Counted from the first letter of the stretch, positions 25,144 to 35,692 are shown. The stretch: 41,585 nucleotides of DNA from Nitrosopumilus sp. (GCA_965219345.1 CBDCNE010000001.1:1-41585), one strand, 5' to 3'. Numbers and translations: made by a program. The notes: a model not told the origin generated them from the letters alone.

Positions 25144-25486
25144 TTTGTCCTCTTATCTCTTGTGCAATATATGTTAATTTGTCTAAGGCTCTTTCAACCT
25201 CTCCCTCATTTAAATACGCACTCTGATCAAAGGTTTCGGTTTGAGTGATAGGAGTTTGTCTTGTAATGGCAAACCTATCTCCTACATTTAAAGTAAGTGC
25301 ATCATTAAAAGTTATAGAAGACTCTGCTATTGTATAGGCCTCTTCTGGAGCTAAGAAATCACAAGTGTCTAAATTCTGTACTCTTATAATAGAATAAGAA
25401 GGAACATCTAGCCCAAAAAGATATTCTTTTATTGCAGAGTCTTCTATAACTAAAATAAATATATTCTGATCTAGTTCTATACTCAT
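25133..25486 (-). CDS. Stand-alone T7 gp17 N-terminal-like adaptor
   Basis: FAITRQTPITQ...VERALDKLTYIAQEI; the protein ends right after this motif. Confidence 0.72.
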   Translation of the reverse strand: MSIELDQNIFILVIEDSAIKEYLFGLDVPSYSIIRVQNLDTCDFLAPEEAYTIAESSITFNDALTLNVGDRFAITRQTPITQTETFDQSAYLNEGEVERALDKLTYIAQEIRGQSGN

Positions 25487-25487
25487 A

Positions 25488-28400
25488 TTAACCTCCTAAT
25501 TGTTTATGAATTGACTCAATGTCGTCTATATCTTTTTTATATTCTTCTGCTATTTGCTTTCTAAATAACTGATTAAATAAATTTCTAGATAAATAATTAT
25601 ATCTTTGAAAAACATAAAGAAGTAAGTAAGATTGTACTTCAGTATTGCCTTCTTTCTTAACTTTCTGATACCTAGGACTCTTAATCATATTTTCTAAAGC
25701 CTTGCGTTTACTTATAGTATAGAAAGAGTCTTCAACGGTTGCCCCTCCAAAGAAACTTTTCACTCCTTGTTGGTAGAGTTTCTTACTAGTTAATTGTACC
25801 CAGTCTTTGCCTGCTGGTTTCTTTCCTCTGACCATTTCAAGTTCTTTTTCATTAAACCACAGCTCATCTAGCTTACCATTGGAAAGATGAATAAGCATAT
25901 TATACCATTTTACAGGCATCCTATACTTAGAACCTATGTTTTTTAACTGCCGTCTATACTTCATCTCTAGATTAGCAACTCTTTCATGAGCTTGTATAGC
26001 TTCAGGCATACCTCTTATTATAGGATTGTAAGACTTAGGTTTATCATGTGTAAATTGAGTAAGGCTAAACCATTGAGAAGGCATAATCGACCGTATGGCT
26101 AAGTCTCGAGAGTCTCCTCTAGAATAATGCTTTATAAAAGAACGAGAGCCAAAGGCTTCCTCTATTTCTTGTCGCACTATATCGTCTTTAGCGTTACTTT
26201 CACCATATTGAAACGGATTAAAAAGACTTACAATAGGTGAAACATCTTTACGTTTAATTCCAGATGGAAAGAATACGGCCTTACCAAAAGCATCTAGTAC
26301 AGGAGGAACTCCGTTACCAGGTATCAAAGCCTGTATGTTTGTCAATACTTGTTCCCAAATACGTTCCCATTCAGTAAATCTGTTAGTGTCTCCTTTTACA
26401 TTAGGCTTATCTTCTCTTACAACTTTAGTCTGTTTGTATCCTCCTTTGATGTTATTCCATCTATAAAGGGCACCTCCGTAAGGTACAAACATACGAAAAG
26501 TTCCTGCCATTGCTCCTGTTAAAAACTTCTCTCTTCCTTCCTCATCAAATAAAAACTTAATTGCATTCCAATCAAATCTTTCTGCAAAATCACCGTCTGT
26601 CATTGAATTCATATAAGCAGAAAAAGCCATAGTGTAGAAATTATAAGCATCTTCTTCTGGAAGACCTGAGTCTACAGCTTTTTGAATAGTTGCTCCTAAC
26701 GAAAGCAAGGAAAAGAACGGGCTCCCAGGGGGAAATTTTATAATTGTTTCTTTATCACTTCCTTTATTAAAAATTATAACATTATGTTTTGTCCTGCCTT
26801 TCCCTTCTAGTGGATCTCTCCATACCTTATTAGAAGTATCATAGCCGCTTAAAGTACCTCTTGATGCTAACTCATAACCCATAGCATAAAGAGCAGAACC
26901 TATAACCATATCATACATGACTTTAGATTTCTCTCCTGGAGTTCCTCTCAGTAACCTTCTAGTTTCTGGGTTTAATAAATTTAATCCGGGTGTTTTCATA
27001 ACTATGTCATTCATAAAAGCAAGAGCGGGGTTCATATATCGAAGTGGAAAAGATGCAACAATACCTGTTCCAAAAGGCAATTTTCCGATACCATCTCTTA
27101 TTTTATTATAAAAGGCTCCTAATCCAGTAGGAGTCTCTATGAGAGCACCTTCTGGAGTCTTATCTATTCTACTCTCTGGGCCTATAATAGCGGGCGCATC
27201 CTTACCTCTTCGAGCATAAGTAATATCTCTTATTCTGAATTCAACCTCTCTTAACATCTCTGGAGTAGGATTTCTAAATAAGTCTTTTTGTTTAGCTACA
27301 AACTCTTCAGTCCCTACTTTAAAAAACTTTCTTGCCTCTATATCAGCTAAGGAGTTCATCATATATCGATAAGTAAGATTAGCATAAAAAGCATCTATTG
27401 ATTTGATTTGCTGTAAAGGCTCAAGAAAGGATGCAACTTGTTTCATAAAAGTCCCATCTTTAAAATGACGAGCAAATAGAGTCTCTTCTCCTTGATATTT
27501 AAAATAATTAGGAATGGGCAGAGTGGAGTCCTTCCCTATAAGCACATTAAATGTATCTTTATATAAATTAGGATTTTTATCCTTCACTAACAAAGCTTGC
27601 CACATATTTAAAAACATTCTATGAGCCGTAAAACCATTTCTAGTTTCTCTATCTGCTAAATAATCCACTGTTTCTTGCAAAAAATCCTTAGCTACTCGGT
27701 CTGTTAAATTTAATCCTGTCCAGAGGGCTACTCCTGGTTGTGAGAGGGAGAGGGTTGAGTGGTACATTACATTTGACATGACGTTGGCTAAGGCATTTAT
27801 TCCTGGTTTAGATTTGTTTCCTAGGTTATCGATGAGTCTCATAAGGGAATAACTTTGATTTTTGTCGGTGTGCTTACTGATCTCACTTAGAGTTTTTAGG
27901 ATTTGAGCATCGAAGCTTTCTTTGTTAGAAGGGCTAAACATAAGGTCGGTGATTTTTTTAAATATCTTGTGGTCAGAAAACTCTTCCATAGAGAAAACGT
28001 TTCTAGCATGAAGAGCTTGGCCTTGTATGGTCCCTGCTTTTGTATAGTAAGAGAATGTAATAGCAATGTTTCCCATAAGGTTCTTTGTATCTTGAAAGAG
28101 TTTTTTCCAAGCAAATTCATCAGACTCTCTTAATGTTTTAGACCTTAGAAGTTCAGAGTTTCTTTTTAGCATATCTAAATTGATAGTCATGTATCTCTTC
28201 ATTTCTCTAACGTCTAAAGCATCAATAGCTACTCCTGAATGAATATCTCTAAATAAGTCTTTATTAGGAGTGTCTCCCATTCCATAGGTTATGTTTTCTA
28301 CTTCACCTATAGTTTGTTTAGGTTCTGGAGTTCCTGCTTCTAAGATAGTGTGCCGTCCATAGCCTGCATCTTCGAAAGCCTTAAAGACTTCCTCTCTTTG

Positions 28401-30137
28401 TTTAGTAGAGAGCTTATTTAATTTGAGAGGATTAAGTCCATCTTTAAGCATCCTTGCTATAGTATTTCTTCTTAATAAAGGGTTCCCTTCATCATCTGTT
28501 AAGCTCGTCAAAGCCTTTCGTGTATCTGGCATTTCTCTTAATAGCTTCATTTTCTTTAAATCAGTAAAGAAAGCACTGGGATAAAGCTTGCCCTCTTTCT
28601 CTCCTGTAGGAGGTTGTTTAGGAGGCTGTTTCTTCCTAGCCTCTTCTAAGGAATGAATTGTTCCTTCAGTCGGCTTTTTAACAACATCTTCTAGGGGCTT
28701 ATCTTTTATATGAAGCTTATCAAGATCCTCTTTCTTCCTAGCCTCTTCTAAGGAAAAAACATTATCAATTTCTTTTTCTTCTATTTCTGACCTGCTCTTA
28801 ACTTCCTTAACTTCTGCTTCTATTTTTTCTAATTCTTTACTAGCAGTTTGTTTTACTTCTGTATCTTTAATCTCTTTAATCTCATCAGCTATGTCTTTAG
28901 TAAGTGCCTTATCTTCAACAAGAGTCTGCTCAATTTCTCTTCTCTTTCTTAATTGTTTTAATAATTTAGCAGACCTTACATATGCTTCGATAGCAATCCC
29001 AAAACCTGCAGTTAATCCCATTGCTTCTAAAGCATTTTTAAGTCTTCTCTCTACTTCCGAGTCATCTTCTTCAGACAATAAATAATCAATTAAAAAAGGA
29101 CGCATAGGTTTGTATTGCCAAAGCATATCAGTTAAAGTGCCTTCTGTTTCATCAAAAATAAAACCTATTACTCCTTCAGCTACTGTTACTTTAGCCAAGC
29201 CTTGAATGACACTTTTACTCTTTAAGCCTACCCCTAAACCACCTAAGTAAGGAAGCATCTCTCTCACCATAGCTTCAAATCCACTGTTAGGGGGAGCTAT
29301 TGAGTCAATCAGTTCTGGATTGGTTATCTTCAAATCTCTAATAGCCTCTGCTAAACTTTCCATTCCTGCAATATTTTCTACTTGCCATGCATTTAACGAT
29401 TTTGCACTTTCTATGATCTCAACCCCCATATCCACAACACTCAATATAATTTGCTTCTTTAAATTTTTAGGTGTAGTTCCTGCAAAAAAACCTTTAATGC
29501 CTTTTAATACTGTTTTTAGAAGTCCTTCTTCTTTTTTAGTAAGAGGTACAGGTGCTTTTCTAACAGGCTTCCTTTCGGGTTGAATAGGTTCTCTCTTTTC
29601 TCTTGTTTCTGCGGGCTTTTGTGGGAGGTCTTTAACGACACCCTCTTTCTTTGTCGGTTCTTTCTCATCTTTTTGTTTTAAAATCTCCTCTATCGCTTCT
29701 TCTAAATCGGAATTTGGTCCGGGCTTAAGCTTCTCTTTTTCTTTTTCAATATCTACTTTCTCATCTTCTTGAGCCTGTCTTATCTCCTCTATCGCTTCTT
29801 TAATAAGTCTGGGCTTGTCTGTTTTAAGCTTCTCTTTTTCTTTTTCAATATCTACTTTCTCATCTTCTTGAGCCTGTCTTATCTCCTTATCTTTGTTCTC
29901 AATAAGTTTAGTTTTCTTTCTCTCTCTTTCCTTCTTTAATACTTCTTCAGTATCCTCATCAATAATAGGCGCATCAACTACTACGTTTCCGTCCTCATCA
30001 TAAGTTATATTTCCTTTAGGTATACCCCCTCTAGGCAAGTCTTCTAGCTCTTCATCTGTCACTTTTTTGTCTAAAGGGACTACATACATTCTGTCTAAAT
30101 CGCTTACTAAAGTCTTTTTGTCGTTATCGTCCGCCAT
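25488..30137 (-). CDS. Large internal virion (ejection) protein
   Basis: 1549 aa, last of three genes after tail tubular B; helical, with EDDSEVERRLKNALE and hydrophobic patches. Confidence 0.7.
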   Translation of the reverse strand: MADDNDKKTLVSDLDRMYVVPLDKKVTDEELEDLPRGGIPKGNITYDEDGNVVVDAPIIDEDTEEVLKKERERKKTKLIENKDKEIRQAQEDEKVDIEKEKEKLKTDKPRLIKEAIEEIRQAQEDEKVDIEKEKEKLKPGPNSDLEEAIEEILKQKDEKEPTKKEGVVKDLPQKPAETREKREPIQPERKPVRKAPVPLTKKEEGLLKTVLKGIKGFFAGTTPKNLKKQIILSVVDMGVEIIESAKSLNAWQVENIAGMESLAEAIRDLKITNPELIDSIAPPNSGFEAMVREMLPYLGGLGVGLKSKSVIQGLAKVTVAEGVIGFIFDETEGTLTDMLWQYKPMRPFLIDYLLSEEDDSEVERRLKNALEAMGLTAGFGIAIEAYVRSAKLLKQLRKRREIEQTLVEDKALTKDIADEIKEIKDTEVKQTASKELEKIEAEVKEVKSRSEIEEKEIDNVFSLEEARKKEDLDKLHIKDKPLEDVVKKPTEGTIHSLEEARKKQPPKQPPTGEKEGKLYPSAFFTDLKKMKLLREMPDTRKALTSLTDDEGNPLLRRNTIARMLKDGLNPLKLNKLSTKQREEVFKAFEDAGYGRHTILEAGTPEPKQTIGEVENITYGMGDTPNKDLFRDIHSGVAIDALDVREMKRYMTINLDMLKRNSELLRSKTLRESDEFAWKKLFQDTKNLMGNIAITFSYYTKAGTIQGQALHARNVFSMEEFSDHKIFKKITDLMFSPSNKESFDAQILKTLSEISKHTDKNQSYSLMRLIDNLGNKSKPGINALANVMSNVMYHSTLSLSQPGVALWTGLNLTDRVAKDFLQETVDYLADRETRNGFTAHRMFLNMWQALLVKDKNPNLYKDTFNVLIGKDSTLPIPNYFKYQGEETLFARHFKDGTFMKQVASFLEPLQQIKSIDAFYANLTYRYMMNSLADIEARKFFKVGTEEFVAKQKDLFRNPTPEMLREVEFRIRDITYARRGKDAPAIIGPESRIDKTPEGALIETPTGLGAFYNKIRDGIGKLPFGTGIVASFPLRYMNPALAFMNDIVMKTPGLNLLNPETRRLLRGTPGEKSKVMYDMVIGSALYAMGYELASRGTLSGYDTSNKVWRDPLEGKGRTKHNVIIFNKGSDKETIIKFPPGSPFFSLLSLGATIQKAVDSGLPEEDAYNFYTMAFSAYMNSMTDGDFAERFDWNAIKFLFDEEGREKFLTGAMAGTFRMFVPYGGALYRWNNIKGGYKQTKVVREDKPNVKGDTNRFTEWERIWEQVLTNIQALIPGNGVPPVLDAFGKAVFFPSGIKRKDVSPIVSLFNPFQYGESNAKDDIVRQEIEEAFGSRSFIKHYSRGDSRDLAIRSIMPSQWFSLTQFTHDKPKSYNPIIRGMPEAIQAHERVANLEMKYRRQLKNIGSKYRMPVKWYNMLIHLSNGKLDELWFNEKELEMVRGKKPAGKDWVQLTSKKLYQQGVKSFFGGATVEDSFYTISKRKALENMIKSPRYQKVKKEGNTEVQSYLLLYVFQRYNYLSRNLFNQLFRKQIAEEYKKDIDDIESIHKQLGG
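29725..29887. repeat. ~64-bp direct repeat, 99-bp period, in frame
   Basis: EIRQAQEDEKVDIEKEKEKLK is encoded twice with identical DNA. Confidence 0.9.
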
Positions 30138-31761
30138 CTAATCCTCTCAATTCTACTTCTTCTATTTTAGAGTTTAACTGTGTAATCTCGTTTTGCAAGA
30201 TAGTTTGTGTAGCACTTGTATCTAGCCCATATAGTCTCTGGTCTCTTAGTTCTCTTCCTAGCTCATCTTTTTTTACAGCCAATCTTCTTTTTAAAACACT
30301 TAACATATTCTTTAATAATGCGGGACTTATAGCTAGTCCGTCGCCTACTCTTCTATCGTAAACTATACTTGTTCTTGTAAATGATGCACTAGTAGCATAT
30401 TCTGGAATATACTTAGGAAATACTTCTTTTAAAGATTTGTCCCAGATATTTCTGTACTCTTTAAAGTTTGTAGGAGTGCTTTTCTTAAGCTCTTCAAAAT
30501 AAATATTATTTACTCTCTTCATTTTATCTAGCTCTTCTTTTATTATAATGAATTCTCCAGACTCAGTAATTTTCATAACTTGTAATTTTACCCACGATAA
30601 TTGTCTATGCTCTTTGAATAGCCTTTTATCCTCTCCTTTTAAATCCTTTTCCACTCTTAAAAGTTCCATTAGGCTTTTGGCTTGTGTAGGACTAATTTCA
30701 TCCTTAGTGCTTGCATCTCTTACTTCTTGTTCAATTAGCTTTCCATCATAAAATTTAGATACTAAACTTTCAAAAATCTCTTCTCGTTCGTGGTCTCTGT
30801 TATAATTTACTTGCTCTACTAGAGTCTGAGCTTGTTCTTTGCTAATACGGTTTGAACTTAAGGCCTCTGTAATTTCTTTTTTTGCTTTATCTCTCTCTGA
30901 TTTTGAAAGAGGTCTTTCTTTTATCATCAGAGCTACTGCTTCACTTATATCTCGATAATTTCTATTTTGATAAATGTCTAGTTCTTTTTCCTCTGTCTGA
31001 GCCACTTTTAAATTAAACTTATGATCTCTGAAATATTTAGCTTCAGCGTCATCATTCAGTTTATTTAAATCTCTATCTTTAAAAAGTGTAGGATTGTTTG
31101 AAACAAAATCCCTAGCTAAAAGAGGATCAATAACATATAATCTATCATACATAAATTTAGCTGCCTCATCTTTAAAAGTATTAAACAATTTAGTTTTTTC
31201 GACTTTGCCTAAATTTGTACTGTTTAAAGTATCTCTATACTCTCTTAGCTCCTTTTCTAGAGTTGGAGAATTAGGAGAGTCGAATATATTAGCCTTGTGA
31301 TTGTTTTTAAGTTCCTCATTATATGCTTCTATGCGTTCTTGTTTTTTACCAAGAAGTAAACCATCTAGCCTAGCACTCGATTCATTAACAGCACTTAAAA
31401 CAGAGGTCTTAACTCTTCCTCCTGTTTCTCCTTTTAAGTTATTAGCTTGTTTTACATAAGGAGCCACTGTTTCTTGAAAACCTTCTGCAATTTCCTTTTG
31501 AGTTGCGAATTTATCAGGATCGTTTTTAGCATCTCTAAAAAAATTATTAAGTGCTTGCACTGTCTTTTGCTTCATTAAAGAGGCTTCAACTGCACTTAAA
31601 TTTTTATTTTGTGCAGAAGTAGTTTTTAAAGTAGTGTTTAGAGTATCTAAAAATTTACCTAAATCCTTTGAGTAGTCCATAGTTACTTCTGGACTTACAA
31701 CATCATTAGCTGTTCTATTTAAAGGAAGATTGCTTTCTGAAACTCTAGGAAATCTAGGCAT
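30124..31761 (-). CDS. Internal virion protein (gp15-like position)
   Basis: 545-aa helical protein starting MPRFPR; called from synteny. Confidence 0.6.
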   Translation of the reverse strand: MPRFPRVSESNLPLNRTANDVVSPEVTMDYSKDLGKFLDTLNTTLKTTSAQNKNLSAVEASLMKQKTVQALNNFFRDAKNDPDKFATQKEIAEGFQETVAPYVKQANNLKGETGGRVKTSVLSAVNESSARLDGLLLGKKQERIEAYNEELKNNHKANIFDSPNSPTLEKELREYRDTLNSTNLGKVEKTKLFNTFKDEAAKFMYDRLYVIDPLLARDFVSNNPTLFKDRDLNKLNDDAEAKYFRDHKFNLKVAQTEEKELDIYQNRNYRDISEAVALMIKERPLSKSERDKAKKEITEALSSNRISKEQAQTLVEQVNYNRDHEREEIFESLVSKFYDGKLIEQEVRDASTKDEISPTQAKSLMELLRVEKDLKGEDKRLFKEHRQLSWVKLQVMKITESGEFIIIKEELDKMKRVNNIYFEELKKSTPTNFKEYRNIWDKSLKEVFPKYIPEYATSASFTRTSIVYDRRVGDGLAISPALLKNMLSVLKRRLAVKKDELGRELRDQRLYGLDTSATQTILQNEITQLNSKIEEVELRGLDGGR

Positions 31762-32399
31762 TATCTATCCCTTTCTCCTATAGGAGTCACTTCTAGTCTG
31801 ACTTCATCTGCTTTTATTCTCGGTACTCTACGAGGATCTACTAAGTCTTCCTCAAATATATTATCCCAAAATTCAAAATCTTTAGTAGGTATTTCTCCTA
31901 CAGAAATATCTTCGAAGGAGTCTCCAGTAGAAAATCTCTCTATAGTTTTTCCTAAATTTGTTCCTATCGAAACTCCAGTATTAACAGCATTAAGAATATT
32001 GGAAAACTTATGCCATACACTGTCAATACTTTCTCCTTTAACTCTATTCTGAAATATTTTAGCCTCTATGACTTTACCCTGAATAAAAGCTTCTCTGTAT
32101 GCGTTACCTTTTCTCATTGTAGTATATCTTCTAGTTTCGTTAATGAGGCCTTTAGACAGCGCAGAACGGCCTGTGACTCCCAAAGAAGTAAGGACGGCCT
32201 TTTGCTGGCCTGTAACTATATCTTCTTCTCTATCGGCTGATAAGTAGCTGTGAAACAAAGCTGTGGATAGGTCATCTTGTCTGGCTTCTAAGACTTCAAT
32301 GTTTTTAGCTATCGCTTCTTTAGCTCTTCTATCGCTTTTCTCACTTGATAGGTAGCTACCTATTCCTACAATAGTACCTGCAATTATCTTTAATGGCAT
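31761..32399 (-). CDS. Internal virion protein (gp14-like position)
   Basis: Gly/hydrophobic N-terminus and GQQKAVLTSLGVTGRSA motif; synteny. Confidence 0.65.
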   Translation of the reverse strand: MPLKIIAGTIVGIGSYLSSEKSDRRAKEAIAKNIEVLEARQDDLSTALFHSYLSADREEDIVTGQQKAVLTSLGVTGRSALSKGLINETRRYTTMRKGNAYREAFIQGKVIEAKIFQNRVKGESIDSVWHKFSNILNAVNTGVSIGTNLGKTIERFSTGDSFEDISVGEIPTKDFEFWDNIFEEDLVDPRRVPRIKADEVRLEVTPIGERDR

Positions 32400-34969
32400 T
32401 AGGCCTCCACATCTCCCTCGAAAGTAATACCGCTTATCTCTAGAGGATAAGGGGCTTCACTTTCTATTTGAATATAGTCTCTTCTATTATTAGGCATAGC
32501 TATGTTTTCATAAATAGTTTTGTTCTTAGTCAAAGTCACTTTATCTTCCTCTATTTTAAGCAGTTCTGTTTTACGACCCCGTATCTTTTTATCGCTACTT
32601 GTTAAAATATAATATGCTCCTAACAAAATATCAATGGAGATTTTGTTAAATTTCTTTACTGCTCTAAGTATAGTGCCCCTTCTTAATCTGCCATTAGGAG
32701 TAACTGGAGAGAGAATAGTATTATAAGTCTGGCCTACTACAATATGTCGAAACCCGTTTAGTCTCCTAGCATGTTCGGAATTACTGAAATCAATTTTAGA
32801 TAAATTCACTCCCCCTGCCACTACAGTTTGTGTTGTAGAAAAACCATGAGAAGTTAAATTATTCTCTACTCTTCCAAGAAAGCCTTCATCGTCTAATTCT
32901 TGGCCGTCTCCTTCTTCTACTCTATCATATTCAATAAAATTATCTAAAAATGCTGGGGGCTTCGAAATAGCATAGTTGTACTTTTCTTCTGGGTCTATGT
33001 TGAAATTCATCTCTCGTAGCTCTACAGTTTCTCCTTTTCTAATTGAAAATATAAATTTAATTTCTTCATCTTGATAAGGAGTAATATCTAGTATTTCCAA
33101 AGGATTGCCTTCTTCATCAAGAAAATAGTTTATTGTCCATGCTCGTGTATCTGTGCTTTCCTCATATGTAAATATTAAAAATAAAAACTCTGAGTATTGA
33201 AATACGCTGACTTTATTAGAAGGATCAAATCCTCCTTCTCTGAACACTAGATTTTTTGCTCCTAGCTCTAAAGCTTTATCTTTTAAATTAGGTAAGAATA
33301 TAGTGACATCTTCTTTAACAAACTTCTGAGCTTCTCTACTATAGACAACTCTAAATAATTTTTGCCTGTTCTCGCTGAAAAAGAATATATAATTATCTGA
33401 TGTTTGCATTTCTATATTACTTGCTGGCTGAGAAAAATTAGATACGAAACCTGTAGACAGGGGCACAGAGCTTCTAACATCAGTGCCTTGAGAAGAAAAG
33501 AAGATGTCGTCTGTAGCGATATACAAATTTTGAAGTCCTCCTATCCTCTTAATAGAAAAACTTCTGTTAGAAGAAAGCTCGAAGCTTCCAGGAGATGCTG
33601 AATTCAACGCTCTAACTCCACTAATATATTGGTCAAAGTCAAAAAATTTACTCTCTGCATTGACTTCGCTAAACCATATCTTTTGTGGAGATTTTCTAGT
33701 GCTCCCTAGAATAAGTCTTCTTTCATAAAAAGAACAAGTGCTAGGATAGTCTCCGTCTGCCCATTCAGTGACATATAAAGAAGTAGAACTAGGAGTGATA
33801 GGGTCAGTATTAGTAAAAAAAGAAGCTGAAGTAATGCCTCCAAATTTTCTACCGTCATCATCAGTCACTATCTCTCGTCTAAATCTATAAAATAAAGCAG
33901 TGAGAGTAAGGGGAGGAATTCCCGGTTTAGGAGGTCGGCTATAAAATCTAAAAAATCTTTGACGTGGTAAAGTGACAGCATCATCATTTTCAATATGGTC
34001 TACTTCAGTCATACTAGACCTTGGTAAATAAATATAATTGTACTTAATAGGATCAGCACTGGACAAAATACCATCATTAGAAGTTGCAAGACTTAAGTCA
34101 ATAGCTATTAATAGTTTATTATAAATTCTATTCCTCGAAGCCTGATCTGCTGGAAAATCACCGTCTTCATCATAAACAGGAATTTCATTATTTCCCAAAG
34201 CTAAATTCCACCTTACAAACAAATCTCTTATAGGATTATCTTCAGTATCAGCTCCTATTACTCCCTCTGAAGGAGAATTTAAATAAAAACCAAAAGGTAA
34301 AAACTCATAAGGATAGCTTTGAAACATTCTACGATAGTATACTTCAGAGTCTAATTGATTAAGGAGATTTGTTTGCCTCGAATTATAATAATAAGAAAGA
34401 CGTAAAAGACTACTTATAGTGTAGAATTTATTTTCATCTAAGTCTTCTACTATAAAGAAAGGAGGAATTGAATTAACTGTAAAGCACATTAAATTTTCTT
34501 TAGATGCAAAATGCATATCCTCTACTTGTTTCTTTGTAAACCCTCCTGCCACTGGTCTATAAACATAAGGATCAGTAATTACCCTTACGCTTGTATCTGT
34601 ATAAGGCTGGTTAACCCTTATAGAATACCTAGGAAAATTCTCTTCTACCTCACTAGTTTCTAAATTAAATAAATATGGATAGTTCTGGCCTTCTTGTATT
34701 ATGACTAGATAATTTGTATCTGTAGGAGACCTATACCTAAAAGTCCTTATCGTTTTATTTTGTCCAGTTGCAAGATTGATCCCTATGTTTAAAGTCCTTA
34801 AAAATTTAGACCCTGGTCTTTTTGCAAAGGAACCCTGTTGCTTGATGTATCCGTTTTCTGCTTTTATACATCCTCTTTGAAAGGCTTTAGATGAGGGTTC
34901 AGATGCAAAATGCTCGTGTATTTGTCCGTAGTTAAAGCCTTCTTTTGATAATATAATTCTTTCAGACAT
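32399..34969 (-). CDS. Tail tubular protein B / nozzle
   Basis: FNYGQI...ENGYIKQQGSFAKRPGSKF, YPSTCSFYERRLILG...IWFS, and C-terminal PYPLEISGI. Confidence 0.88.
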   Translation of the reverse strand: MSERIILSKEGFNYGQIHEHFASEPSSKAFQRGCIKAENGYIKQQGSFAKRPGSKFLRTLNIGINLATGQNKTIRTFRYRSPTDTNYLVIIQEGQNYPYLFNLETSEVEENFPRYSIRVNQPYTDTSVRVITDPYVYRPVAGGFTKKQVEDMHFASKENLMCFTVNSIPPFFIVEDLDENKFYTISSLLRLSYYYNSRQTNLLNQLDSEVYYRRMFQSYPYEFLPFGFYLNSPSEGVIGADTEDNPIRDLFVRWNLALGNNEIPVYDEDGDFPADQASRNRIYNKLLIAIDLSLATSNDGILSSADPIKYNYIYLPRSSMTEVDHIENDDAVTLPRQRFFRFYSRPPKPGIPPLTLTALFYRFRREIVTDDDGRKFGGITSASFFTNTDPITPSSTSLYVTEWADGDYPSTCSFYERRLILGSTRKSPQKIWFSEVNAESKFFDFDQYISGVRALNSASPGSFELSSNRSFSIKRIGGLQNLYIATDDIFFSSQGTDVRSSVPLSTGFVSNFSQPASNIEMQTSDNYIFFFSENRQKLFRVVYSREAQKFVKEDVTIFLPNLKDKALELGAKNLVFREGGFDPSNKVSVFQYSEFLFLIFTYEESTDTRAWTINYFLDEEGNPLEILDITPYQDEEIKFIFSIRKGETVELREMNFNIDPEEKYNYAISKPPAFLDNFIEYDRVEEGDGQELDDEGFLGRVENNLTSHGFSTTQTVVAGGVNLSKIDFSNSEHARRLNGFRHIVVGQTYNTILSPVTPNGRLRRGTILRAVKKFNKISIDILLGAYYILTSSDKKIRGRKTELLKIEEDKVTLTKNKTIYENIAMPNNRRDYIQIESEAPYPLEISGITFEGDVEA

Positions 34970-35640
34970 TACCTGAACCCGTCTCTAGAAGGAGAATATC
35001 CTGGTCCTCTGAACCCGCCTTGATTATTGTAATTAAATCTAGCATTATCGAAGTCACTATCGGGAGCTGATCTGTCAACCATTTCCTCTCCGATTTCTTG
35101 TCCTGAAAATACAGACGCTTTTTCAATCTTCCCTTTTAGCATACGGTTAATTCTAGTTACTTTATTTGCATCGTTTAGATATTGAGGAGCTAAATAATCA
35201 GCTAGCTTGAAGGCTAGACATTCTATTTGTTCTGCATGCCAAACTTTATAATTGTCACAGTATCTTACAAAAGTAAAAGCATCTACCTCCTCTTTCGTAT
35301 AGACTATAGTTTGATTTTTAGTCGGATGCATCTGAGACTCAAAGGCTAGCCTGTAGTCTAGATTGGGAAAAACTAAAGTAATACAATTGTCTGGTTTTAT
35401 ATATGAGTAGCAAAAACCTCTTGGCAAAATAACCTCTTCCATTTCCTCTTCTGATAGCTTTACAAATCTAGCAGTGGTTTTAAAATTTTGCCATAAGGTT
35501 TCCCTTAAGATAGAAGAAGTGGCGAGAGATAATAACTCTTTTAAACTTTCAGCATCAGTAGATGGGTCATCGATCGTTGACAATCTTCCTTGCTCTAGCT
35601 GTTTTAAAGCTAGATTAAAAATTAAAAGCTTATTAAACAT
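34969..35640 (-). CDS. Tail tubular protein A / adaptor
   Basis: IFNLALKQL..., LRETLWQ, YSYIKPDNC, LAFKLADYLA; follows the capsid gene. Confidence 0.82.
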   Translation of the reverse strand: MFNKLLIFNLALKQLEQGRLSTIDDPSTDAESLKELLSLATSSILRETLWQNFKTTARFVKLSEEEMEEVILPRGFCYSYIKPDNCITLVFPNLDYRLAFESQMHPTKNQTIVYTKEEVDAFTFVRYCDNYKVWHAEQIECLAFKLADYLAPQYLNDANKVTRINRMLKGKIEKASVFSGQEIGEEMVDRSAPDSDFDNARFNYNNQGGFRGPGYSPSRDGFR

Positions 35641-35658
35641 CTCTCGCCTTTCTTATAA

Positions 35659-35684
35659 TCAAGCCTCTACTTAAAGAGGCCTGA
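35659..35684 (-). terminator. Hairpin after the capsid gene (weak terminator or stabiliser)
   Basis: TCAGGCCTCT-ttaagt-AGAGGCTTGA on the - strand; poor U-tract. Confidence 0.45.
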
Positions 35685-35692
35685 TAGTTGTT

